From: Promethearchaeota archaeon
Lineage (GTDB): Archaea; Asgardarchaeota; Lokiarchaeia; Sigyniarchaeales; SOKP01
NCBI GenBank assembly: GCA_048939015.1
Contig: JBHLPW010000002.1
Coordinates: 88,743-152,742, forward strand
Reading direction: 5' to 3'
Length of the DNA stretch: 64,000 nucleotides
This document shows positions 28,025 to 37,415 of the stretch, piece by piece. Positions within the stretch are counted from its first letter, which is position 1. The number at the start of each line of letters is the position of its first letter. Position numbers and translations under genes: made by a program. Under the pieces are notes generated by a model. That model searched no databases. It saw only the letters and a list, made by a program, of their open reading frames with translations, and was not told the DNA's origin.

Positions 28025-28684
28025 ATTATTTCGGTACTGATAAAAAATATTAGGATTGGAGTAATTCTTGGTCTTTTTGGTGCATTATTTATCATAATAT
28101 TTCTCCTGCTAACTGCGTTACTTACTCCTGGATTTACCCCCTTTGTCTATCCTATAAGTTCTTTAGGATATAGTGCTGCTAATTCGTTATTTGGAATTGG
28201 ATTACTAGTGGGGGGTTCATTGCTAATTCCCTTTTTTATCTATTTAGAAAGAGCATTATTGAATATAAGTATAGGTGTGAGAAGTCTGACCACGGCAATT
28301 ACAGTATTTACTAATGTTTGTGTTGCTTTAGTTGGAATCCCTCCAAATCCAATTAATATAAAAGCTTTTCAAATGTTTCATGCATTTGTGGCAGTAGGAG
28401 GTCTAATTGGGACTTCAATCCTAATTGTATTTTACAGTATTATGATACACCGAAGTTCTAAGCCTATTTTATTTAAAGGTCCAATCTTTAAAAAATACTT
28501 AGTGTATTTTGGCCTTTCCATTGGAGTTTTATTGGGGATATTTCTCATTACACGATATGCGATATTAGAATGGATAGTGGGAGCTCTTATAGTATTCTGG
28601 GTTTTAATTACAGCAAAACAAGGAATTTCATTCAAGTTTTCTAAAGTGAAAGGAACATACTATAAAAAATCCAGAGTTACATAG
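28025..28684 (+). CDS. DUF998-like membrane protein; the true start probably lies upstream of the track's GTG at 28208 (start uncertain)
   Basis: The frame is open from 28001. The upstream part encodes a TM helix and PGFTPFVYPISSLG (DUF998-like 'P.....ISxLG'). There is no ATG/GTG/TTG before 28208; ATT at 28025 follows GAGGG. Confidence 0.55.
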   Translation: MISVLIKNIRIGVILGLFGALFIIIFLLLTALLTPGFTPFVYPISSLGYSAANSLFGIGLLVGGSLLIPFFIYLERALLNISIGVRSLTTAITVFTNVCVALVGIPPNPINIKAFQMFHAFVAVGGLIGTSILIVFYSIMIHRSSKPILFKGPIFKKYLVYFGLSIGVLLGIFLITRYAILEWIVGALIVFWVLITAKQGISFKFSKVKGTYYKKSRVT

Positions 28685-28736
28685 CCTTACAGCTATTTTT
28701 CTATTCTATTTAGTGTTTCAGGAAATAATTCAATTT

Positions 28737-30014
28737 CTATACATATGAACCAAGTAGGCTTAATTTTTTTGGAAATAAAGTTTCAATAAGCAATTTGGAT
28801 GATATATTCACTATAGCATCTTTCACAATATAATTTATTTCATCAAATGTTCTGTCTCCCAATATTAGTTTGAACAAAGTTGCTTCTGGAATCATGAGAT
28901 CAGTTATTTTCGGATCTGGATGCTCTGTTAATGTTTCAATTTTCTTAATTTTACCATTGCTAAAATCTATTAGAATTGTTTCAGAATAATTACTAATTCT
29001 AACAGTTTTTGTAAGTCCCTTAAAATCAGAATTGCTGATTCTATTTTCCAAAATATTCTTTATCAAAGAAATAAAATTCTTCAAATTTGGAATTTTTACT
29101 TGCCATCCATATGTCGAAATAGGTTGTCCTCCTAAGTTTCTGATAAAATTGTACAATGACGAATGCTCATTTATACTTAGAGTGATATTATCATCATTAG
29201 TATAATTTCCTATAGCTTTAATGAATTGAAGCAAGGTTATCATTTCATTTTTATTTAAATCTGGACAGCTAATTTCAAAATTCTGATTGTCATAACTCAT
29301 TCCAAAGGAGAAATAATTCATAGATATGCCAGAATCCTGTAAAATATACGTTGAACGTAGTTCTGTGTTATATTGATCATTTAAATATTTAAACTTAAAG
29401 CATTCAATATCAAATTTGTTAAAGATAAAATAATTTTTGTGGAATTCAGAATATTTTTCTTCAATAAAGGGAAGATCGTCAAGATTAGCTAATTTAATGA
29501 TTACATTTTTCAATCTTTCATTAGGTATTTTCGATGCGGGAATCATTATTCTGTCATCGAGAGATGAGATATATTCGTATCCTAAAATACGATAAAAATA
29601 TGGTATTCCTGTAATAGCTGAAAGAATAAAACCATTTTGGTCCATGATTTTTTCATAGAGTTCATTTAAAATTTTAATAAAGCCTTTTCCCCTATATTCT
29701 TCGAGAGTCCCTACAAATTCCATTTCACAAACGGGTAAGATAGTATCTTCTATTTGCCATTCTAAAGGAATTAAACAGATAAGAGAAACAATTTCTTTTT
29801 TCTTATCATCTCTGATATATAACCATAAGATCTCATTTTTTTGCGGATATTCTAAAAATATTTGATGAATAAGAGATTTTAACACCTCATCTTGATGAAC
29901 TTCCATACATAAATTGGTGATGGCAACTTTTTCCTCTTCACTTTCTTCAGCAATATGAATACTGAAGCGTTCATCAACTTTAACGCCATATCCTTTTCTA
30001 AATTCCATAATCAT
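28737..30014 (-). CDS. GNAT family acetyltransferase (Eis-like, multi-domain)
   Basis: MEFVGTLEEYRGKGFI, ITGIPYFYRILGYEY; C-terminal region resembling the SCP2-like end of Eis. Confidence 0.8.
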   Translation of the reverse strand: MIMEFRKGYGVKVDERFSIHIAEESEEEKVAITNLCMEVHQDEVLKSLIHQIFLEYPQKNEILWLYIRDDKKKEIVSLICLIPLEWQIEDTILPVCEMEFVGTLEEYRGKGFIKILNELYEKIMDQNGFILSAITGIPYFYRILGYEYISSLDDRIMIPASKIPNERLKNVIIKLANLDDLPFIEEKYSEFHKNYFIFNKFDIECFKFKYLNDQYNTELRSTYILQDSGISMNYFSFGMSYDNQNFEISCPDLNKNEMITLLQFIKAIGNYTNDDNITLSINEHSSLYNFIRNLGGQPISTYGWQVKIPNLKNFISLIKNILENRISNSDFKGLTKTVRISNYSETILIDFSNGKIKKIETLTEHPDPKITDLMIPEATLFKLILGDRTFDEINYIVKDAIVNISSKLLIETLFPKKLSLLGSYV

Positions 30015-30154
30015 AAAAAGAAAAAGTCTAATTTCAATTTTTTTATATTCTTTATTTTTTAAATTACATCATTTGATTTTTATAAATTTAAAAAAATTAC
30101 TTAGGTTAATTTTTGGCGGACATTTAGTATTGAAAAATAGAAAAGAAATATATA

Positions 30155-31084
30155 TTAATCCGGTTTGTAATAAAATGAATTTTTATCTGCATTTAATATA
30201 CATTGTTCTAACAATTTCAGAATTTCATCTCGATCGTGAAGTGAAGGATCATAATAAGAGTGTACATATGAACCTTTCTGAGAAATTCCAAATTTGATCA
30301 TCAAATAAAAATCTTTGAAAAATCGCTCTACATGGAAAAAACTATTCAATTTCTCAGGTTCATCTACAAACTGCCAGAATTTTTTTTCTTCAAAAGGATC
30401 GAATAATGAAAATAACCATTCTTTAATCTCATGAATATCAAGTTTATTTCGTAATAATGCGGTATAAACTGCTGAAGCTATTCTTAATTCTTCCTTGCCA
30501 TTGAAGATTATGGGGGAAGGTGAAGATAACTTTTGTTTGAAAATTTGGAAGATTTGAAGAATTTCTCTTTTTTCAATAAAACGATGTTTCGCGAAATTCT
30601 TGAACAAATCAGCACCATGGGCAATAGAATGTGCCCACCCCTTCCCAATTACATATGCTCTATAATCTTTTTCTTGCTGATAATATTCCAGCGCTTTTTT
30701 AAACCATTTCTTGACTATTTCGGGTGTTAGAAAAGCTTTTCTCTCCTCAATTTCTCCTTTTACACAACTTTCATCAAAAGACAAGATTCCAACTACTTCT
30801 AATGCAGCAAATGCCCTTAAAAATACAGAGTCGGATGTTTCTTGTCCTAATCCCCTATGTGTTAATGAAATAAGTTGATCACCTAACGATATAAGTGTTG
30901 TATTATCATATTCTCCGTTCATTATCCATGTATACAAAATATCCAAGCAACCTTCCCGAATATCAGAATCTATATTACCCAAATTATCTATTACCCAAGG
31001 AGTTATCTCCATGAGAGAAATTTCCGAAGGAAGTTGAAAATTATTTTCCGCAATAGATTTAATTTGTTCTATTGTTAATTCCAT
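30155..31084 (-). CDS. DUF2785 family protein
   Basis: DSVFLRAFAAL, EKDYRAYVIGKGWAHSIAHGAD, EELRIA. Confidence 0.8.
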   Translation of the reverse strand: MELTIEQIKSIAENNFQLPSEISLMEITPWVIDNLGNIDSDIREGCLDILYTWIMNGEYDNTTLISLGDQLISLTHRGLGQETSDSVFLRAFAALEVVGILSFDESCVKGEIEERKAFLTPEIVKKWFKKALEYYQQEKDYRAYVIGKGWAHSIAHGADLFKNFAKHRFIEKREILQIFQIFKQKLSSPSPIIFNGKEELRIASAVYTALLRNKLDIHEIKEWLFSLFDPFEEKKFWQFVDEPEKLNSFFHVERFFKDFYLMIKFGISQKGSYVHSYYDPSLHDRDEILKLLEQCILNADKNSFYYKPD

Positions 31085-31116
31085 TTTGTCTTACCCTATT
31101 TTATTTAAAGTCTAAT

Positions 31117-32103
31117 CTATTTTTGAAATTCTTTTGGGATATGAACAGCAAATTTACAGAGTAAACCTCCAGTAAGCGGTGATTCAATAGGTTCAACTTT
31201 AATTGGTTGGTCAAAAATGACATCCCAGTATTTTTTTGTGTATCCTGCGCTACAATAGCAAAAGTGGGAGAATATTTCTTTTTCAGTACCATTTTTAATT
31301 GCACCTCGTATCCAAGGGCAATAACAACTATAGAAACCTTTCATTTTATTATCTTTTGCTTGTATATATTTTTTTGTTTGGTAAGGGAGCTTAGCTTCGA
31401 TAATTATTTCACCTTTTCTTATTCCAGGATTAATTTCAGGCGTATTTTTTACAAATTCTATTACCTCATCATCGATATATTGCGCAAATTCTAAAGTTCC
31501 CTCCTGCTGATGTTTTTCCAATCGTTCAATTAATTCTTGCTTTTTTATCCTTAAAAATTCATCAATATCAGCTATTCTTAAGAAATCTTCTCTTTCTTTT
31601 TTAAGATCTCCAGGATGACCATGTAAGCATGGCTTCAATAGCTCTATAGTCTTTTCTTCTCCAATTTTCTTTTTTAATCTTTCTAAGACTATTTTAGTAA
31701 ACTCTGGTTTTTTTTCGGGATGAGTTCCTAATGGAGGAATTTTAAGATCTTTAAAAATTTCTTCTTGTATTGATTTACTGTGCTCTTCAGCAACTCTTTG
31801 GTAAAGATTATCCATTGCATTATAAGATTCTGAGATATCAATAATTTCTACGATATAATCATATTTCTTTATGAAATTAGCATAATTTATTAATGCTCTT
31901 AGAAAATCTAATACCTCTTCACTTCGCTTTTCCACTAAATAATCCGAATACTTAATTATTTCTCCATTGGGAATTGTGTCAATATCAGTATTTTGTTTTT
32001 TAAGAAAAGTGCGAAATTTGTCTAATTTAGAGATATATATCTCAGCTTGTTCTTGAGATAAGTTATTATCTATGAGATACTTCAAGAAAGCGTCCTTGTT
32101 CAA
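31117..32103 (-). CDS. Hypothetical protein with C-terminal Cys-rich V4R-like (DUF6144-like) domain
   Basis: CYCPWIR...FCYCSAGYTKKYW...VEPIESPLTGG..CKFAVHIP. Confidence 0.6.
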   Translation of the reverse strand: MNKDAFLKYLIDNNLSQEQAEIYISKLDKFRTFLKKQNTDIDTIPNGEIIKYSDYLVEKRSEEVLDFLRALINYANFIKKYDYIVEIIDISESYNAMDNLYQRVAEEHSKSIQEEIFKDLKIPPLGTHPEKKPEFTKIVLERLKKKIGEEKTIELLKPCLHGHPGDLKKEREDFLRIADIDEFLRIKKQELIERLEKHQQEGTLEFAQYIDDEVIEFVKNTPEINPGIRKGEIIIEAKLPYQTKKYIQAKDNKMKGFYSCYCPWIRGAIKNGTEKEIFSHFCYCSAGYTKKYWDVIFDQPIKVEPIESPLTGGLLCKFAVHIPKEFQK

Positions 32104-32252
32104 TTTGCATTACCTAAAAATGAAATTATAATTAAATACAATGACTAGACTAAAAGTATATTTCTTTTTAAGGAGATCTATTTATGTAAATAGTTAGATT
32201 GATTAAGTCGATTATTCAAAATATCATGAATTTTTATTTGAATATTGTATTT

Positions 32253-35200
32253 TTATTTCTTAAACAATCGTATTGTAAAGGTAGAACCTTTGTTTCTTCC
32301 TTCAGATTCTAACATAATTTGACCACCATGTAATTCAACGATCTCTTTTGAAATGAATAATCCAAGTCCTGAACCCTCAATATCAACATCTAAATCCATT
32401 CCATAGCGTTCTATTTTTCCAAACTTTTGAAAAATTTTCTCTTTTTCTTCTTGTGTAAAGCCAACTCCAGTATCTTTTATTTTTATATCAATGAAATTTG
32501 CGTTATCAACTAGATCGATTAGAATTTTACCTTCTTTTGGGGTATTTTTAATTGCATTAGAGATAAGATTTGTGAGAACTTGTCTAAATCTGAGTTTGTC
32601 AATATTCATATAAGCTTCATGTGGTAGTTTTAAATCCATTATTAGTTGGCGATTCGATGATAAATATTTCATATCGTTAGCGCAATCAATTATTATTTCT
32701 ACAAGATTTTGTTTTTGAAAATCAAGTTGGAACTTTTTTGCCTCTAATCTTGAGACGTCTAATAGATTATCTACTAATTCTTTTAATCTTAAACATCCAC
32801 GATGGCCAATTTCAACATATCTCAGAATTTCATCATTCAATTCTTTAATATGGATTTTTAGAATCATTTGGACAGCACCATAAATGGCTGTTATTGGAGT
32901 TTTTAATTCATGTGAGACTCGAGTAATAAGATCCTTCCGTAATTCACTAAGTTCTAATAATCTCTTATTCTCTTCTATTATAAGCGCTTCAGCTTCTTTT
33001 TTATCTGTTATATCTATTGACATTACTAAATCTGCTGGTCTTCCTCCATAATTAATTGTTTTTGAAAAATTCTCAACCCATCCAACGGACCCATCTTTTC
33101 TTATCGAACGATAAATATAGTTATTTATAACATTCTCTTCACCAGACTGCTTTTTTCTAGCTTGTTCTAATACAAAATCTTTATCGTCTGGATGAATCAC
33201 CTTTGCAAATTCATATGAGCCCCAATTTTTTATTTCTTCAGCAGAATATCCTAATCTTTTCGGTAATCTTTCATTAAAGTATTTTAAAACTCCATCTTGT
33301 AGAACCATAATACTCATAAATGATTGTTCTGCTATTACTCTAAACTTTTCTTCGGATTCTTTTAACTCCATTTCTGCTTGGATTTTTTCTATTATAGTAC
33401 CAATTTGATTTCCAATAGATCTAAATATTTCTTTCTCCTCATCTGAAAAATGATATCTTCTTTTCGATGTAATATTTAATGCTCCTATCACTTTATTTTT
33501 TGAAGTAAGAGGGATACTAGCAACAGCTAAAAAACCCCATTTTTTATATATCTCAGGATCTATATCACGATAATCTTCAGTAAAAAGTGGTTTATTGTCC
33601 TTGAGAATACTTTTATATGGATTTTTATCAATTGGTACGTATTGGTTCATATCAACAAAATCTAACGGAAGTCCTTTATGATATATTAACTCTGCTTTAT
33701 TAATATCCTCATTAATCAAATAAACGCCTCCACCATCAAAATCAAGCAATTCTAGTGAGTTTTTCAAAACATTGGTTAATAATGAGCTCAAATCTGAAGC
33801 TTTTGTTCCTCCAATTATAATTTCATTTAGAAGTTCTAATTTATGAGCATGTTCCTTTAATTTAAACTCGATTTCTTTACGATCAGAAATATCTCTTGTA
33901 ACCATTAATAGTTTTCTGCTATTTTCTTTATCTTTGAACATCTTCCCCTTTATTTCTGCCCATATATAACTACCATTTTTATGTTTAATTCGAGCTATTA
34001 CTAAACCATTTCCAGATTTAATTATTCTATTCATTGCTCGCAAGACATTTTCTTTATCATCAGGATGAATAAGGATAATTCCATTCATACCAATAAGCTC
34101 ATCTTTGTTATAACCTACTAAACTCTTGTGAATCTTTTCATTAACATATTCAAATTCAAATTTATTATTAATAACTGAAATTAAGTCATTAGCATTTTCT
34201 GAAATACGTCGATATTGTTCTTCAGATTCCATGAGTAACTTCTCTGATTCAAACTTTTGAATTATTAATCCCATTTGCTTACCTATCGCTACTAATATCT
34301 CTAATTCTTTTTGAGGAAGTGTTTGACAGATAGAAGAACCAATATTCATACTTCCAACATATTGATCTTTTGAACGGAGAGGAACAACTATGGCAGAATG
34401 TATACCCAATTCTTTTGAATCTTTCATAAATTCTGAGAAATCTTTAATATATAATGGTTTATTTTTATCAAATATTTTAGTAGCGACTCCTTTTGAAATA
34501 TTTACATCCTTAACTGCGGCTATAAAGTCAGGATGGACATTTTTATGATGTACTAAAATATTATGTTGAGGTTTAGCATTGTAAAGGAAGACTCCTCCTC
34601 TATCGAACCCAACAATTTCCAAGACTTCATCAAAAGATTTAGATAAAAACTCTTGAAGAGTAGTTGACTCGTTTCCCAAGGTGATTATTTTATTTAAACA
34701 GTTTTGCATTCTAGCATTTTGTTTTAATTTCTGTACAGATTTCTTTCTCTCAGTTATATCTTGTATTATAACCTGTATAAATAATTTTCCATTGATCTCT
34801 ACTTTTGATCCTTGCCAACGTAACCATATCTTTCTGCCTTTCATAGTAAGTACGTAAAATTCAATTGGATCTATTGGTTTTCCTTTGGATAAACCCTTAA
34901 AGTTTTCAGTTAATAGTTGAATAATTTCATCTGAATTTGCAAAATGTGAGGCTATATTAATGAAACTTTGACCTTTAAAATCAAATTGAGTATAATCAAC
35001 CAATTTCTCTATAATTGTTCCGTTAGTTTCAACTAGATTTCCATACGCATCAAATAAAGAAATATTATAAGGTGATTTATTAAACAAATGGTAATATTTT
35101 TCTTCAGATTCTTTTAATTTTTGATCCATCTCAATATATTTGGTAACATCATGTCCAATACCAAGAATAGCATAAATCTTTCCATTAGTTTTAAGAGGAA

Positions 35201-35519
35201 CAGTATTGGCTTCAACATAAATAAGATTTCCATCTTTCTTCTTTACTTTCTTCATTTTAGGTGAATTTATTAAACCAGTTTCCATTGTTTGCTTGATTTC
35301 AGCAGAAACTTGAGATGAAACTTCTTCAAGTAAGAAATCAGTTACTTTCATTTTTTGTATTTCCTTCTTAGAATATCCAAGATTTTTAACAACTACATCA
35401 TTTACATCAATAATATTACCGTTTTTATCGTGAAGGTAAATATAATCAATGGAAGTTTCAAGGATTTCCATGAAATGATTACCATATTCTTCTATTAAAG
35501 TTTGCATAGCTTGAACCAA
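32253..35519 (-). CDS. Cytoplasmic multi-PAS/GAF sensor histidine kinase
   Basis: About 4 PAS domains (e.g. IHPDDK, DITERK) and 2 GAF domains; H-box SHELKTP; N-box NLISNAIK; DTGVG; GSGLGL; no TM. Confidence 0.92.
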   Translation of the reverse strand: MVQAMQTLIEEYGNHFMEILETSIDYIYLHDKNGNIIDVNDVVVKNLGYSKKEIQKMKVTDFLLEEVSSQVSAEIKQTMETGLINSPKMKKVKKKDGNLIYVEANTVPLKTNGKIYAILGIGHDVTKYIEMDQKLKESEEKYYHLFNKSPYNISLFDAYGNLVETNGTIIEKLVDYTQFDFKGQSFINIASHFANSDEIIQLLTENFKGLSKGKPIDPIEFYVLTMKGRKIWLRWQGSKVEINGKLFIQVIIQDITERKKSVQKLKQNARMQNCLNKIITLGNESTTLQEFLSKSFDEVLEIVGFDRGGVFLYNAKPQHNILVHHKNVHPDFIAAVKDVNISKGVATKIFDKNKPLYIKDFSEFMKDSKELGIHSAIVVPLRSKDQYVGSMNIGSSICQTLPQKELEILVAIGKQMGLIIQKFESEKLLMESEEQYRRISENANDLISVINNKFEFEYVNEKIHKSLVGYNKDELIGMNGIILIHPDDKENVLRAMNRIIKSGNGLVIARIKHKNGSYIWAEIKGKMFKDKENSRKLLMVTRDISDRKEIEFKLKEHAHKLELLNEIIIGGTKASDLSSLLTNVLKNSLELLDFDGGGVYLINEDINKAELIYHKGLPLDFVDMNQYVPIDKNPYKSILKDNKPLFTEDYRDIDPEIYKKWGFLAVASIPLTSKNKVIGALNITSKRRYHFSDEEKEIFRSIGNQIGTIIEKIQAEMELKESEEKFRVIAEQSFMSIMVLQDGVLKYFNERLPKRLGYSAEEIKNWGSYEFAKVIHPDDKDFVLEQARKKQSGEENVINNYIYRSIRKDGSVGWVENFSKTINYGGRPADLVMSIDITDKKEAEALIIEENKRLLELSELRKDLITRVSHELKTPITAIYGAVQMILKIHIKELNDEILRYVEIGHRGCLRLKELVDNLLDVSRLEAKKFQLDFQKQNLVEIIIDCANDMKYLSSNRQLIMDLKLPHEAYMNIDKLRFRQVLTNLISNAIKNTPKEGKILIDLVDNANFIDIKIKDTGVGFTQEEKEKIFQKFGKIERYGMDLDVDIEGSGLGLFISKEIVELHGGQIMLESEGRNKGSTFTIRLFKK

Positions 35520-35647
35520 CCCATAGTTGTAGATCTTAATAATATCATATCTATGATTATTTTCTTACTATAAAAATTAGAAGAAAGCAATCAACATATT
35601 TAATAGAGTTATTATTATTATACCTTTTGCTATTATAAAATAAATTT

Positions 35648-35752
35648 AGCGGACTTGAATTTACAGTTCCAAAAGGTTGTGATTGTGCTGATGAAAGTGC
35701 CTGCTCTGACATGGGTTTTACCTGCTGTGGAGAAACAATGAAGAAAGTTTAA
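35648..35752 (+). pseudogene. 5'-truncated desulforedoxin-like small Cys-rich metal-binding protein
   Basis: Reads SGLEFTVPKGCDCADESACSDMGFTCCGETMKKV*. The 'CCG..M' ending matches desulforedoxin. There is an in-frame TAA at 35636-35638 and no start codon before the Cys cluster. The stretch is locally more GC-rich than its flanks. Confidence 0.55.
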
Positions 35753-35876
35753 TTCATTTTCATATTTTTTTTTAATTTTTGGGTTGTTCTTCTAATTTGG
35801 AACTTTATTGAAACTTTTATTATCTTATATGAATTATAAATAATTAATCTAAAATTCATAATGAAGTAGAGAGAAA

Positions 35877-36650
35877 ATGAGTCTACCCTCAAAGAAAGCT
35901 ATACAAGTTGATGAAAACACTGTAGATTATGAGTACAAGATGTTAAATCATGTTATGCAACTTCGATATCATGAAGATAAATGCATTGAATGTGGATTTT
36001 GTCACCGTGTATGTCCTGTTACAGTCTCAATTTACGATGAACCTTTAAAAAAGACAGCTATAGGAACACCAAAAGAAATGAGGATTGAATCCGATAAGAA
36101 GATCGTGGTTGACACAGAGAAATGCGTCTGGTGTGGTTGTTGTACATGGATCTGTCCTGGTTATACTCTAGAACTTTTCGTTAATGGTGAAAAGAAGTTA
36201 AATGTGGTTGAAAATGGTTCACTTCCAGAATTTGAAGAAGAAGTGAGAACATTAGAAAATGGACAGAAAGTACGTAAAGTTGTAGAAGGTTCTATTACAA
36301 TAACTTGTAATGAAAAGGATACAAAAGTAATTGATGCTTTTTGTGATGAGTGTGCTGTGAGTGCTATGGAAAGAAAAAACAAAGAAATAGAAGTTGATCG
36401 TGATAAATGTATTCTATGCTTTAAATGTACAGAAGCTGCTGAGAACTATGAGAAAATCAGCGTTGAAGTCCATCGTGATAGGTTTAAAGAAATAAAAGGA
36501 GACCCTTCTTCTGTCTGGAACGGCATCATGCTACGTGTACTTGGAAAGGAAGGAAAAGTAAAAGGTATATTGAGTCGAAGCCAAAATAAACTTGCTGATG
36601 CCGTCATGAGATTAATGGGAAAAGAATTTGAAGAAGAAGAGGAAGCTTAA
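35877..36650 (+). CDS. Polyferredoxin / 4Fe-4S protein (FwdF-like)
   Basis: CIECGFCHRVCP, CVWCGCCTWICP, degenerate FCDECAV, CILCFKC. Confidence 0.8.
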   Translation: MSLPSKKAIQVDENTVDYEYKMLNHVMQLRYHEDKCIECGFCHRVCPVTVSIYDEPLKKTAIGTPKEMRIESDKKIVVDTEKCVWCGCCTWICPGYTLELFVNGEKKLNVVENGSLPEFEEEVRTLENGQKVRKVVEGSITITCNEKDTKVIDAFCDECAVSAMERKNKEIEVDRDKCILCFKCTEAAENYEKISVEVHRDRFKEIKGDPSSVWNGIMLRVLGKEGKVKGILSRSQNKLADAVMRLMGKEFEEEEEA

Positions 36651-36749
36651 ATTAAATATCAAGTTTCCATAAATTTTTATTATAAAATCTGTTTTTAAGC
36701 TGGTATTTTTACGCCTAATTTATTATTTAAAATTTCAAAATCCTCTCAA

Positions 36750-36772
36750 ACTTTCATATTACTTTTGAAATT
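36750..36772. promoter_or_regulatory. Palindromic site ACTTTCA-N9-TGAAATT, copy 1
   Basis: ACTTTCATATTACTTTTGAAATT, 20/23 identical to 41971-41993; directly upstream of a TATA-like TTATATCTATATA. Confidence 0.55.
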
Positions 36773-36866
36773 ATATCTATATATGAAGGTAAAGATACTT
36801 TTCTAATTGGTCATCCTTATGGTGATTTATCCAAAAAAAATTATAAAGAAGAGTTGAACAAAAAAA

Positions 36867-37262
36867 ATGACCGAAATTAAAAAACTTACAAAAATTGTAC
36901 TTATAGTGTTTACTATAATTTGGTTATTAATGGGGACTCTGGTTACATTTCTATATGATATAGCAATGAATCCTGAGGGCTGGACAAATCCCTTTTACCC
37001 AAGATTTTTTGGGGGCGTTATTTACGTAAGTGCCATATTCGCGTTTTTAATGTTTCGCAAAAACGAGTGGGAAGAAATCAAAATGACATTTGAGTTCCTT
37101 TTAGTTTTTATTTTATCAACACTAACCATTCAAATTATTGTCTGGCCTATTTTTGCCCCCACTTTTGGAGCTTCAATTACTCAATTAGCTACATCTACTA
37201 CAATTTTAATGTCTATATTATTATTGCTCGCAATTATCTGTTATATTAAACAGAGAAGCTAA
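36867..37262 (+). CDS. Hypothetical membrane protein (4 TM)
   Basis: 131 aa, four hydrophobic helices, 'PFYPRFFGG'. Confidence 0.75.
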   Translation: MTEIKKLTKIVLIVFTIIWLLMGTLVTFLYDIAMNPEGWTNPFYPRFFGGVIYVSAIFAFLMFRKNEWEEIKMTFEFLLVFILSTLTIQIIVWPIFAPTFGASITQLATSTTILMSILLLLAIICYIKQRS

Positions 37263-37415
37263 ACGCCATAATTTAAAAAATTTCTAATAACTTTTTTTTT
37301 TTACTCCTTATTTATAGATAACATTCTGTTTTTTTTCAATGGAATTAAACACTAGATTTAAAATACTATTTAGCTTAGTATTCTCATAAGGTTATAATCC
37401 AAATCTCACAAATTT

